A DNA stretch of 64,000 nt, from positions 2,592,106 to 2,656,105 of the forward strand of contig NW_002060950.1 of assembly GCF_000150275.1 (NCBI RefSeq). Direction: 5' to 3'. The notes under the pieces were generated by a model. That model was given only the letters and a program-made list of their open reading frames with translations, ran no database searches and was not told the DNA's origin. Source of the DNA: Trichoplax adhaerens. Its lineage: Eukaryota > Animalia > Placozoa. Below, piece after piece: positions 1-14,259 of this stretch. How positions within the stretch are numbered: position 1 is the first letter of the stretch; the number at the start of each line of letters is the position of its first letter. Made by a program: the position numbers and the translations under genes.

Positions 1-2179
1 GCTCAATGGAATCTAGACTCATCCTTAATTGTACTATTTATTATGATACTTATATCTTAAAAGTTGCTCTCTATTTTGACTTGTAAAAATTGGATAACTA
101 GAAGAAAAATAGACCATTAAAACCTCTTATTTCACTATAGAAATAACCTCGACTAACGAACTGCACAGTCTTCTTGATTCAAGGTTTTATAAATTGTTAG
201 AATTGAAGCCGACATGGAGACATATTTACTATTCGACATGCTAATTCTGATTATAGACCTTGTTCAATTATGAAATAAGAATTTTTTACGGCTTATTAGC
301 CATTCTAATTATCAAATTTCTCTGATATGGCTTCATTAAAATTATCCAAGTTTTCAAATCATCACTTTTTACTGTACTAATAGGTTTACTCCTTGATCTG
401 ATTAAATGATTAATTTAGCCACGCTTGCTGTGATTTATGCTTTTTTAACTATTAATTTACAGGATTCAGTCGATCGGAGCTAATTACAGTATCGTCTTAG
501 CCTATTACTTTATTTATAATTAGACTCCTTCATCTTGGTTAATCTAAGCGATTTTTAATCCGAAATGGTCATATAAAATCTATTCTATTTGAATTATTAA
601 ACTATGATCTATTCGATTGCAATGTAATATGCATTAATGATACTCAAATATTGTAGCAAAACTACTGTCATACAGTCGAGCTCATGATATTTTGGCTATC
701 AAGCAAACTTGTATACTAAATAATTCTTGCTAGATTAAATAGTTATCATTCATTTACTGAAATTTCTCGACACATTATTAATGATTCATAATTAGCGCTA
801 TCGAAGTATTTCATATCAAGATCGAAGCTTTTCGTTAATATTAATAGAGCCTAGGTCCTATTAGACTAAAATCTAGACTTACTGTCGCAAACGATAGAAA
901 ATAGATCCTATTATGCTAGATCAAACTTCCGTCTATTCATTCAAAACTTCATAAATTGATGATATATGAATATCGTAAAACTATAACTAAGGTTCTTGCC
1001 TTATTGTTAAAATAGGATAGAGAACCGATCTTATTTGACTTAATTAAACTATTTCTATTTCTTTGAAAGCTTTGTACGTTATTAAGAATGTGTGAATATC
1101 ACTAGAAATTTGTCTGCAAATAGTATATTAAATTTCGTTCAGATTAGCTTATTGTACTGGTATGAATGACAAATAGGTTATAGCTCAATAGAATTTTAGG
1201 CATCAATACTTTCACATTTTATAGAATAAATCCTATGTATATCTTCAATTTATATCTTATTAAAATTTTTCAGAATGTAACGTTAGAAATTTCATTTCCA
1301 TAGCGCTATCTGCTTGTTAATGCATTTTGATCCTATTTCTAATGTTGGTTCTGTATTTCGTAATTGGTTATAATATTTAAACTTGATGTATATTCATTTT
1401 TTTTTATAACTTACTCAATTTGCATCAATAATTTCTTTCTTTTTGTATCTGACATCCTTTGTCTATACTTGAAAAGAATAAACAAGATATTTCTTAATGC
1501 CATTTCAATTATTCATGTGTAGTATTATTATTCGCTATTCTAAATACCTTGTAGACTATTTGGATACGATGGTTTTTAACAGATTATTGAACTGTCTGAT
1601 TGATAATTTTATCAATTTATAAAAAGGAAAACGTCAGATTGAGAATTAATATACGGGCTAGTAATTAAGTTTCTCCAATGGAAGCAAGATAGTAGGGTAT
1701 TTTTAGCTAACACATACATCTTCATTGAAAAATACCATGGTAATTATTGATACGAACGAATATATATTTGCCTCAGTTATAGACCAGGTAAAAGGATAGC
1801 GTACTCAAGACAAAAAATAAAGAGTTCCACTTAAATATGATTAGCAATGCTGAGAGACTGGTATGGAAGTACTAATAGGATAGCAAGATATTACCAGTAA
1901 AATAAAAAGTTTGATCTAGGATTAATCATCGATATTAGCAGTAAAATCGATCTAAGCAATCTTAAAAATCGTTCTTAAAACTATCATTTTCATGTTCTAC
2001 AGTCTTTTGCTTGCAATATACGCTATCAATATTGGGTGAACTAATAACGCTATTAAATAAAATATTGAAATGAAATTGTTGATGTTAGTTTTTTATTCAC
2101 TAGTTTTTGTTGGTAAAGCTTGATCAAATAAAAATTTGAATCTTATCAATCTAAAATATTAAATATCCGAAATTTGAAA

Positions 2180-3015
2180 AGCATTAAATTATAAAATTTG
2201 TGAGGCGGCAAATATCGTTACAAAATCACAATAGACTGAACATTCTCAAAATATGACATGCACATGTATCTTTTCTTCTTAGCTAAAACTTATATTAGAT
2301 CCTGGTATGGCTATAACTATTGATGGCTTACAATAAGAACCACGGTAGCGATTATTTTGATACAGTAAACTGTGTTGCAGTGCAGTAAGAGTTCTTATAT
2401 AGTAACTGATGTTACATTGATTTAATACTATGTCTTGTAACGCTTATGATTTATATCCTGAAGATATTTACCTATAGATGATATCATAAATAGTTTTGTG
2501 AATAAACATACTGTAGTCTAATTATCTAAGATCATTCAGTTTATGTCTACGATTATGAATGTCTCTGTATTAATTTAGCTATTCAATATGAACTGAAATT
2601 CATAATCTTATGATGACTTATTCATGATAGCTGCTGCCGAAGAGTATTTAAGCTCGGTAAATGGCTGTGTGAAATAAGAATTCTCTAGTTGTTTAACGTA
2701 GAAGCAAAGGTGTCTAAATTCTTGTGAGATAGTTGAGGGATACTGAATTCCGGAGGCTTTAGTAATTTAGAGACTTGTTTTACGTTATCCTTGTCACTAA
2801 GTTAGTTTGTGACACCTAGATAGCGTAAAATTAAAGAATTTGCGAGACTGTAAATAGAGTTACAAACCACAATAGAGCAGTTATTCTCAAAATATTATAC
2901 ATATATATATATCGCTTAATTTTTTCTTAGCCAGAACTTATATCCGACACTGAAAATCGTAAAACTGAAGAATTTTAAGACTATAAATATCGTTACAAAA
3001 CCACGATTGAACGTA
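2180..3015. repeat. Degenerate ~135 bp tandem repeat (about 2.3 units) split by the element at 2306-2814
   Basis: AAATA..GTTACAAA.(T/C)CAC at about 2211, 2852, 2985; CTTAGC..AACTTATAT occurs twice. Confidence 0.7.
2306..2814 (+). mobile_element. Solo LTR-like element, family C, 5' end damaged
   Basis: Collinear with about 28115-28627; ends TTTGTGACA; flanks CCTGG/CCTAG (one mismatch). Confidence 0.75.
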
Positions 3016-5159
3016 GCAATAAATTTGTAAATACGAAAAGAGATCATCGCAATGAGGCAAGTATACAATAATTACCAATTTTTGGAGCCTGTGAGATCTG
3101 ATCAAATAAAATGAATTGAGATTGTAACCTTGATAACAAATTCCGATACATAACATTAACTTTATGGTATCACAGATGCTACCTATGGCCGCAATTAAAG
3201 GTTATACCTATCATTGATAGTAAATTTCATAATATTGTACACGAATATGAATGAACTTTATTATTAAAACAGCACAGATTTTCAAATCAAAAGCCAACAC
3301 TTTTTTCTACATTTAAGGGTAATTATTCTCTTGATCAATTGAACATCATGGGCTCAAAGAAAAAGCTAAAATAAGATAGTTAAATTTAGCGTTGCCACTT
3401 AGTAAAAAAGGCGCCACTATGCCTGATGATCCATGATTTCTGTATCATTTTACAGGATGTAGATCTTAGTTATAGCTGCAACATTGTTTAGTGACATTTA
3501 ATGTAAAGTAAATTAAAAGCTAGAATATAGTGGATAAACCAGTACAGAATACTAGCAAGGTTAAACCGATTTTAGGATTATTTATACTAGTACGCAAAAT
3601 TTGAACCAAGGACTAGCGTCATACATTCACCTAGATCTTTCTTGAAATCTACAAAAGACTTTGTAGTACGTAATTATAATCTTGATATGAATTGGATTCA
3701 TCAAATGCCGGATATTTTAGATTAACAATCAGATACCATATGCATTACTACTATTTTATTATGTTCTAATTAGCTCATAACGGAGAATAACGAAGTATCA
3801 TTCGCAAATCAATAGCAAATTAGAGAATGTAAAAGAATCAAGTAAAACTAATGTAAAAAAATGAAACTAAGAATCAGATATGAACCAAAATAAAATATAT
3901 GGATATTATTAAGACAATTCAAATCTCTTTGAGATTATTACGAGGTATTTAACATTGACTAAGGTATTGTGCATTGCTTAGATTAGCTTGATAAAATATC
4001 AGATATCAGTAGTATCGAAATAGGCTCACATTAAGAAAACTTGGAACTTTTCTTAATTTCTAATTAGCGTTTAACTTTGATGATGATCTAAGACTAACAT
4101 AATCTAGCTGAAGCTCGAAATATATTTATACATCTATCAAGCACATCATAATCATTATCCTGGTGCTATCGATATCTGTAAATTGCTACACTATGTCGAC
4201 GAATGAAGTGAATATTTCTTCCTATTATGATGATGCTGACTTTTAAAGATAAAGCCATCATTTGGTCCCAGTTATGGTAATAAAAAATTATGTAGGCAAT
4301 CTCTGATTAAAAAGACCCTATCATTCAGAATTAGAATCCATATCACCTAGTCTTCCGATCGTATTGTAATTTGAGACTATTGTTGTTAATTAAGGGATAG
4401 CTTATATTTATCTGAGAATAATGCACACATACATACAAAAATTTTCCCTCTATGTAATATAAACAAATCATTTTTATATTATCTGGTAAAAAATACGTTG
4501 CAGTTTTATTCTATGCTAGTAAGCGAAGATGATCAATCATTTCCGATGTCAGAGATGCCTTTGAATTGGCAATAGTAATTACAGCAACACTTCCGCCTAT
4601 TAGGTGGAATTTATCATATTAGAAACAAACAAGATACAATGCAAGTTTTAAATAGAAAATATAAAGAAGAATTTTATTACGCAAATAGATCTTGATACGA
4701 TTGTTGCCGTATTCAGAATTAAAGTTATTTACTGTTATTTAAAATCATCCTTGAGATTAAGAAACTGTAAAAGTAAGACGCAATTCATTTAGAAAGGTTA
4801 GAAAGGATTTTTGTATCTTATCACGATAATTATAATGTATAGTTTCTTGTAAATTAGTTATATGACGTAATAATTCTATTATTTTCGCCTGTCTGACTTA
4901 TTAATATGCTATAAACTATCACTAGCCATCGTTACAATGAATAGCAAAGTAAAGTTGATTTAATTTGCAAATTAAGCAGCCGTAGCTTATGATATCAATT
5001 ATTGACTCAATTCAACTCTACAAGTACATTAGATGGTAGGCTGTGCCAGCAACAAAAGTAATTCAATTTTATGGCCTGTTTTTAGTCGAGATTCAAATAA
5101 TAATATGAGCCGTACGAAATACAGAAAAAAATTACCGCATTGGAAAACAGGATGAATAT

Positions 5160-5795
5160 GACATCATTTATTCATAATGATCTAGTCATTGAAGATTTAT
5201 CTACATTGAGCTACTTTTCCACATAAAAATTCAATTATTGATACTATCTTAGAATCTATTTTTCTAATTTCTTACGTGATCACGTCCTAATACTATAAAT
5301 TGATTCAGTATAATTTCTTTTCTAAGTTATCATCAAGCCAGTAAATATGCATCGCCAACTTTAAATAAAAACTGATTGAATGTCCATTTGCTGCCATTAC
5401 TTCATATTCCATGCTATCAATTATTATAGTACTTTTGTAATCAATTCATATTTTAACCGTTCCCAAGTGGATAAAATAGCCTATATTATCGGATGTCTAG
5501 ATTTTCCCAGAGCAATCTTTCATTCACAATTAATATGACGATCCTATAAGGCATACTCTGCAGAGCAGTCGTGATATAATACAATTTCACTGAAACCTAC
5601 CTGATTGTGTCTCTAATATTTGGAGTTACTTTCTTCATTCGATTGAACTATGATAATCATACTATATAGACTATGCCAGATTTAAATACAAATTAGCCTA
5701 TTTGAAAATCAGTATCTGAATTTCCAATAAATGTCATTATTACAGGAAATTGATTTCTTAATTCTCTTAATACGCCATTCCTTTATTATTCTAAT
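5160..5795 (+). pseudogene. Possible heavily decayed class A GPCR remnant
   Basis: Fragments in correct order across shifting frames: LVIEDL (TM2-like), IIKPV (ICL2), GCLDF (ECL2), LIFGVTFFI (TM6), FLNSLNTPFLY (TM7). Could be chance. Confidence 0.3.
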
Positions 5796-5933
5796 TACAC
5801 CTATATTTATATAGTTATTTAAATAATCAATTGTAATACCCATAAGAATTGTATAAAATTATTTACTTCAAATTGCCTAATGCACCACTATGGCTAAACT
5901 CCGGAATAAATCATGGATGCAATTAATCACCTC

Positions 5934-6461
5934 TGTGACAGAATCTTCTTTAATTTCCATCCACGCACCTGATATGAATGCTTGTTACTATGAAAACATC
6001 ATTACATAGTTTAATAACACATAATTCTAGACTGTTTGTAATAACAATACAATCAAAGTAAAAAATTAATAATAGTTCACATCCGAGTATCCTGAATATA
6101 ACTTTAAAAGGAGACTTTTACATTATGTGCACCAGGAGTTTCTGACGAGACTATAAAAGGCTGGTGCCTGAAGATTCTTTTTTAGTTCGTTAGTCGGTTA
6201 GATAGTCAACTAGTTTTTCAATTGATATTTAATTGTAAAGACTATAATCTTGGGTGCCAAGATTCCTTCAGTAATAAATGATAGTAAATCTCTGACTATC
6301 TCGTCTACATCATCTGTGACGCTATAATTATACCATAGTATTCGGTTGTTGGAACTGAATTATTTGGTGATATAGCTAATCTCGCCTCTTTAAGTTAGTA
6401 AGTGGCGTTCTACGCAAGGATTGGCGTGTGTAGACTACTTTGTCACTAGTGGTGTGTGACA
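5934..6461 (+). mobile_element. Candidate old solo LTR-like element
   Basis: TGTGACA start, TATAAAA at about 6152, AATAAA at about 6274, 3' hairpin TGTCAC-N9-GTGACA; flanks ACCTC/ACATG match only 3 of 5. Confidence 0.5.
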
Positions 6462-8270
6462 ACATGGAAGTAGTATAGAGGACATTTTCTAAATTTTATG
6501 AACAGTTAAAGTTATTTATCCCATTACAATTACGAACGAAGTTGCATTCATTTTTGAAAGGAATAAATATGATATTTAAAATTACAATCTTCTTAATGTT
6601 GATTGCAAATGACGCAAAGATAATTTTAAAAGCCGAAAAAATTTAACTACAATTCACGATCAGTTTTACTGATGTCTGAGTATTAAATTCCTCAATATCA
6701 TTTTAATGTTTGCAAAAAGTTACGTTGCAAGTAGAATTATTTCCACTTTGATAAGAAATTGTCTAATTTGTTCTACGATACGTCGAGAAAATTTTACTTG
6801 GTACTGTAATTGATAGTATTCGTGGAATTTATTTCTATCCACTAAAACTAAATTGTTTGCTATTAGTTACTTTGTTGTCTAGAAGATGAACTTTATACTA
6901 AAATTTACTCTTAGTATCCATAGACATATGTCTAAACCGTGACAGGGCATTAATTTAGAAATCAAGAATTGGTATTGATGTTCTACTATGATCTTTTTAC
7001 ATTAAAGGCGTAGACTGAGGAGTAATTTAGGAGATGCTCATGCCTCGTATTGACTTTGCCAGCCTACAAAAAAAAATCTTTTAAATTTTCTGAGTTGTAA
7101 ATTGACTGACAGGTACGGGTAAGATTTTAAGAAAACTGCAGCGTACTATTTTCAGTTCTAAAACGTAAACAATGAAAATAATGCCGCGACAAGTTCAAAG
7201 TTGATGGAATATTGACGAATATAAATTGACTATAAGTTTAACAGAGTTGACCAAAAATTACAGTGCCATTCTGTATATATTTATGAACATTCAAGACCTA
7301 GAATAAGTCACTTTATTGAGGCAGAGAATTAAGATTACAATCATTGATAATTGGAGCATTAGTCACACTGAAAGCAATCAGGTATGAAATTTTCAATGCT
7401 TAACAGTTCAAGCTTTTAAACAGATATTGGTTTGATTGATTAAAACATGCACGTAGACCAAATATTTTAGCCAATTAAATCAGTGAACAGTTTAAAACAA
7501 TTCGTAGCCCGTAAAATAATTGGTTCTAGAACTGACATTACGATATTCAATTGAAAGTTGAATTGCGATCAGAAAGCCAAGAAAAATTAATTACATATTG
7601 CAGTTGTCAGTCAGATCAAAAATGCCGTCATTGATTAAAAAATATCCAAAATTAAGGAAGAATATCTCTATTAAGGTGTGATAGATGATAATTTCAATCA
7701 TATACAATAATATGAACATTTAATTATACGGAAAATTAAGTCTAAAAATGTAATATTCTAAGTCTGAGACTTATTATGAGAGAAAGAATGAAATTGAATT
7801 TAATCTATCAATAACACTAAAGCCGTTATTTGTTTGAACATCTCGCTGTGTAAATTTGAATTTAATTTGGTTCATCATTGGCTGGAACTTGAGAATGGCT
7901 TAAAATGTTTTACTATACTGTAATGTACCACATTCTAATGAATTTTCAGTTTGCAAATTATGACAATTTATCTGGATCAGTCTCTCTTAATGAAGAATAA
8001 CAACCGCATTCAACAATAGGATTGAAATTCATGCAAATGTATTTATAGATGTTTAGATAGTAAATATAATATTTAAACTTCTCGCATATAGTAATACTCC
8101 ATCATTAACTATAATCAAAATCTTTCCATAATGCTAAGTTATTCATATAGATTATCAATGTAAGCTTTTCATACGTTTAAAGTAAATTAAAATATATGTT
8201 CATGCGGCCCAGTAAATAGTATGTTGTTTATTTGCTATCTTCATACAAACACGTTTTATAAATATGCGTA

Positions 8271-8833
8271 TGCGACGGATGATCGAACAATATTATTCCA
8301 TACTTAAGCTTTGGATAGATGCAGTAATTATACTATAAATTTAGGTAGTATAAGACACAGATTCGCAATGGCAGATTGTTAGTCTTGTATCTATACTTCA
8401 AATTGCGTACTAAGGCTACTACAAAAAACTATCTATAATTTATAGCCTCACTAGAGTGATCATAAATTGAATTTATAATTTATCATTGTCAAGATGCTAT
8501 GATGCCAAATAAGTATTTATTGATACATGTTAAATTAGTAATTGTATGATGCGAAGATTTATAACTTATAAAATATTAAATTAAAGCAGTTGACAGGAGA
8601 ATTAATTGCAGATTCCTATTTAAATGCGGATAGTGAAACAATAATTGCTTATGGAGCTTTCAACGGTTATCTCGTGATGCAAGATGAATTATTCAGTTGC
8701 TTGTTGAGCGCAGAAGAGAAACCGTACTTTCATATATCACTTATATAAAAATTAGAGATTCTGGGAAATGTAGCCCAATTAGTAGTTACACTAGAATTTT
8801 TTACGAATACTTGTCACAACTAAGATTGTGACA
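8271..8833 (+). mobile_element. Candidate old solo LTR-like element
   Basis: Starts TGCGACGGA like family E; ends TTACGAATACTTGTCACAACTAAGATTGTGACA like B/C; no TSD found. Confidence 0.45.
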
Positions 8834-11800
8834 AGCCGATTTTTTAGCATTTTATTAGCGTTATAACTATAAAGCTAATGTAATACTAGTATTATTTCAT
8901 ACTATGATAAAGAACCAATCTCTACTTGCATGAAGCATTCTACCTAAACTTGTGTATTATTTCGAAAATTTGAAATTTTATGCAAAATTATTAGGACAAC
9001 TATGAGCTTAAATACGTTTAAAACCGTATTGGACCACAAGCAGCTTCGACCCCAAAGAAACTGGACGCAGATCGTTGCATACCCATATGGAGAATTGGTG
9101 CAATTTTTTCACAGTAGTGGGCATAAATTTTCACTGATTTCATCACATCTAGAGTCATTCTGAGGAACTAAAAATTAGTCTTATTTTTTGATTTTAACTC
9201 TTTCCTCGGCCAAATTTTATATTGCAGTACCTAGGGCAGCATAATTTATTAACGTTATGAATTACTACATCATATCTACTACGATGAAATAAAAATATAC
9301 ATACTGTACAACCATCCAAATGCAACCATTTTCAGAGTATAATAATGCATTTTAGCCAGCTTACGTATATATAACTATGTTTAGCATAACGGCAATAAGT
9401 AACTCATTGATTGATAAACATTAGCAGTCATACAGAATTTACTAATTATACGAGTATTTGTATTTATTTCTATTAGCCAAATGGCTGGATGCTCAGGATA
9501 TGTAATATAGACAAGCAGCCATTATTTTTTAATAATTTGTTAGGTTACTAATATATAAAAGTGACTGTATCTCACTCATATCTATGGTTTATCATATATC
9601 AATTTCTGTCCTTATAGTAGCTATTATTTCAAGATAAGTAAATAATAGGGGAGTATACTATTCTGCTAGCTTATCTGAGATTAATATGTAAATAGGTAAC
9701 CCACTTTATGTAGAAATTAGTATAGGCTACATAAGTAATTTAGCCAAGTAAAATAATCAATTTTATTCGCAATTAATATCGAAGGCATTTACATTTGCAA
9801 TGACCATTCTCGACTTGCATTAAAAATGATAAGACTTTATACTTAGCAACATGTTTAGCGATTCATATTCATAAAGGCATTTATAATATTCATGAATTAA
9901 TTATAGATAGTGATGGAATTTCTGAAATACGACACCCGTAATGAGCTAAGAATTCGAATAAGACGTTAAATTGTTTAAATACGGGTCAGCTGTAACATAG
10001 ATAGAATATTACTTTTAGAAATATACCTGTTTACAAGATTATTGACATTATAAGCTGCTCATGGCTAATAGGTGGGTAAATCTTCAAGGATCTATAAATT
10101 ACTATCCTTCCTCAACTTTCTTATTTGAAGAGGGAATATGCTATTGTTAATACTAATATCATGATAAGAGACCCGTAATATTATTTTATTGATACTATAG
10201 TAAATATTGAAGGGAACAAATCCAGCAAAAGGCTTGCTATTAATGTCTCATAGCAAACTTTCGTTTTTGCCACAATTTCATCCTTTATTTTGTAAGAAAC
10301 ATGTGTGAAAAATCAGAGATTTTTTTAAGCATAGATCTAGATTGGAGATAATATTTAGCATCTCAGTCCGTAATCGAATATCTGAAAGTTTTGTCGTTAA
10401 TCTTCATACTGTAGGTAACATTACATATAAGTTAGATAATAACAATGGAAAAGTAATTATTGAAACTATTAAGCGCTTGAATCAAAATTTTAAACGAGAG
10501 GAAAACATCAGTTTAGTATAGCCTTAATAATAAAACTAGCAAAAATACTTGAAAGAAATATAAAAAGGCGAATGCGCTGGCTTAAGCAAACAAACTATCA
10601 AAAATAAGAGTTGCTGATGATCAATGATAAACTACAGATGTTTTCTTAGCTTTGAAATTTACTAACTTTAGGTTAATTGACTACTGATCTGCCTGCTATA
10701 CTACCTTTTAAGTACCACCCGGAGCAATCAATGCTATTAGACTATTGAATTATAATTTTAAATCATTCTAAATCAAACTATTAATTACATACATTAAGAT
10801 GGATTCTCAACATTATCTAACTAATAATAATCGTCATTTAACTATAAATTAACCCTGTTTACAGCAGAAAGCGTACAATCCCAAAAATATGGCAGAAAAG
10901 TATTCTTAAACTATAATCCAGGTTAACATTCGGGATCATATGACATTCTACGACAAATTTATTTAACTTTCTGCTGTATGTTATCGATAAAATTAGCTAT
11001 CACTACGGATAAAAGCCACTACAAGTTTTATCTTAATTAAGCACAAATATAAAACCATCTAAATATATTGATTAAATTATAATTTTGCTGGTATGATGCT
11101 CCAAAAAAATTATTCTATCTAACAATTCTAAATTAAAGTAATCTGGTTCACAATATATCAAGACATCAAATAAAACCTACAATAATTAATTCGACTAAAT
11201 TAGTTACAATTAAAGCTACAAAACTTGTTACGCTACAAAATTTTGAAAAGAATTTCAAAAAGTAGCATTTATTACAAGATCTTTAATCACAATTCCCAAT
11301 CTATCCAAGAGATTAGTTTAAGATTTTATTATTCCAAGCATTTAAAATGTTATGATAGGATTCTGAACTCCTTTAGGTGTAGCTTGATGTTAAAGTCAAC
11401 GCCTATCATTTGCTCTGGATCTTAAACGCCCGAATAAATTCTCTTTCTATAAGCGCTAATAGTTTGTGCTTATCTTCCAGGCTTTATAACAATTTCTATA
11501 CTTATAGAATTCCCGCTCGTACTATTGGTAAAGAGCCACTGAAATTGATCTTCGGTAGCTCTAGTTAGAAGCGATATAGTATCTAGATTCATAATGAAGT
11601 AATCAATTAATCAGCTGAAAATTCCGTTTATTGTGATATTCGATTCATGTTATCGTAATTCTATCAGATTTCAAATGTGCACCAGCCCACACTACAGAAA
11701 TAGAATTATTTTGTATAAGTTTGAATTTAATATTAGCAAATACTTGTATTGTAATTAACTATTTATAAAATTTGTATTGCGAGTTTTGATCAATTTAGCA

Positions 11801-14259
11801 ATCGTGATCAGGATATAGAAGCTATTCAATTTAATGATGTAAAATTATTACTTATCAAGGAATCTCAGATATTTAAACAATAGATATTATGTTTATCTAT
11901 ACCAAAATAGAACGAAATAATCAAGTTAAAGACTGATGAAAGAAAACTTTTGCAACAGCTTTCAATCAATTGTTTGATAAATGAAAGCCAAAATTAATAA
12001 TATTGCATTTAAAGATATAATCGCTCGCAAATCTATTCTGTACTCATTATTCATAGTTCAATTTTCTTTTGACTTTGCTATTTCATTATTTCAATAATTT
12101 ATCGTCATTTAGTGTGTGTGACAGATTTAATTGAAATTTATTTGGGGAGAATATCGCCATTCATTAATATGAAACTTATTATAATTTGTATAGCAGGCTC
12201 TAGGTGAGTATTGAGGTATGTCTGGTGTAGTTTTCTTCGAAAAATATATTTACTAAACTTTCTTGTTACAGAGCACATGAAAACAAAGATAAATAGGAAA
12301 GGGAATTTTCAAGTACTCCAATCAAATTGAAAAAATTGAATCTAAGCGGTGTTATTCACCCATGAAAATCTTAAATCATCTCTTAAAATTGTAAGTAATT
12401 ATTTTATTCTATCTCACTGCATTAGATCGTGGCAATTCCATAAGTAAATGATTAATACGCGTAAATTAAAGGAGTTTTCAATAGACCTTAGCTGCTTAAC
12501 TTTTAGAAAAATATTGAGACAAATTTGTGTAACTAATGTTACATGAAATACTATTACCGCATATTTAATTTTATAAGATTTCTCTTTGAAATTTAATGAT
12601 AGCCAAATAGCTACTAAAAACTACCTTACTTTACCTTTCCTATAACTATAGCCATGAATAAAGTTATTCAATTTTCAAATCATAATTTTTCTAACCTAAT
12701 TAAAATTAAGCGATTAGAATCATTAAATGATCGAAATATTCTTTTATGGATACTAATAACTCGTAGTTATCAATTATGTCTAAGAATTTGATCAACCAAA
12801 TATATCAAGTATAGATCAACACCAATATTTTAATTTACATGATATCAGATACAATTTAATTCTATAAGCCACTAGCTACTAAAATTCTACAATTCCAACA
12901 TTCAGGAATAAAATCAAATATGTTTCATATATATACACGTATATATTTCATGTGTATCGATAGATATTGCTGCAGCTATCGAAGGAGATTTGCTGAACTT
13001 TGCTATTTAACATTTATGAAATATTGATACTTCGAAGCTTTATTTTATTTTTTCCTTGATATTTACATACTAAATACAATATTTCATGCTTCAGTTTGAT
13101 GCGATTTTGACTAGATTTAAGAAATTTTTACTGTAGAACGTATTGTTAGTTTGATCTTTGCATATAGCACCATTTAGCTCACTTTTCTTCCTCAATTTTC
13201 ATTTTTTGATAATTTGACAAATTAAATATGTTTAATTGCGCTGCTTTAATAATGACTATATGGATTTGTTTAAGGAAGATTTTATTTAAACAATTTAAAT
13301 TTTCAGATTTTAAAATTCTAGTTCTTCAATGCATCACATTAGTTTCCTTTCTGAAATATCTCTTTCATTTATCGTTCTAAAACTGGACTAATACTGCTAA
13401 CTCGTACTTGTAGTTTTAAATCTTATATTTCAGATCAGGACAATTAGATATTTTTTGTAGACTCGATTGATTTATTTTTCATCGATTTCTTTCTAGTCTT
13501 AGTCTGATTGATTAGATTTAGATTTCGATACTTTTTATTCTAAAATAACAATAGAGTCAATATCAACTCATTAAGTAATTTCAAAGAATTGAATGGTATT
13601 CCTGCACTTGCTATAGAAAAAAATATTCGTAACCACTCCAAACCTGAATTTTAAGTTGCAATGTAAACCTATTTTTTATTTATATTTGATTCAATTTTAA
13701 ACACTTTGGTTTATTTATTTCAACTACAGTCACTATTGAAGTGCAAAGCGATCCTATCTTGCACTTTGTATCCATGAAAAATTTAAAATCGATTTCAAAC
13801 GATCATAAGGTGTTGCTGGCAATCGAACACTAAGGCGTAGGATTCTTCTATCGTAATTAATTTCATCCTGAGTATCATTAAATGTAGACTATGACATTAA
13901 AAACAGTATTGTATTGCGCCAATAACACTATATAATTTATAATTTATAGGTAATGATCTGCAATTAAATTCAATAAGCTATTCTAAAGATAATAAAAGTC
14001 ACGCTAAAGTAAGAAAATGCTAGCAGTTTGAGGTGTTCTTTTAATTACCGATTTATATTGTGCTTAAAACTTTAGAATTTTGTTTATCGTGCCTCCTGGT
14101 TCGCTTAAGGCTTTCATTTATGAAGCATTCTGCAACATAATGAAATTTATTGCACGTTATATAATAGTAATATTAGCGATTCCGCTAATATTATAAAGTT
14201 GTCCAATTATTAATGCGATGTGAGGATTAGGAATCTATCATATTAGTAAAACCTTGCAA

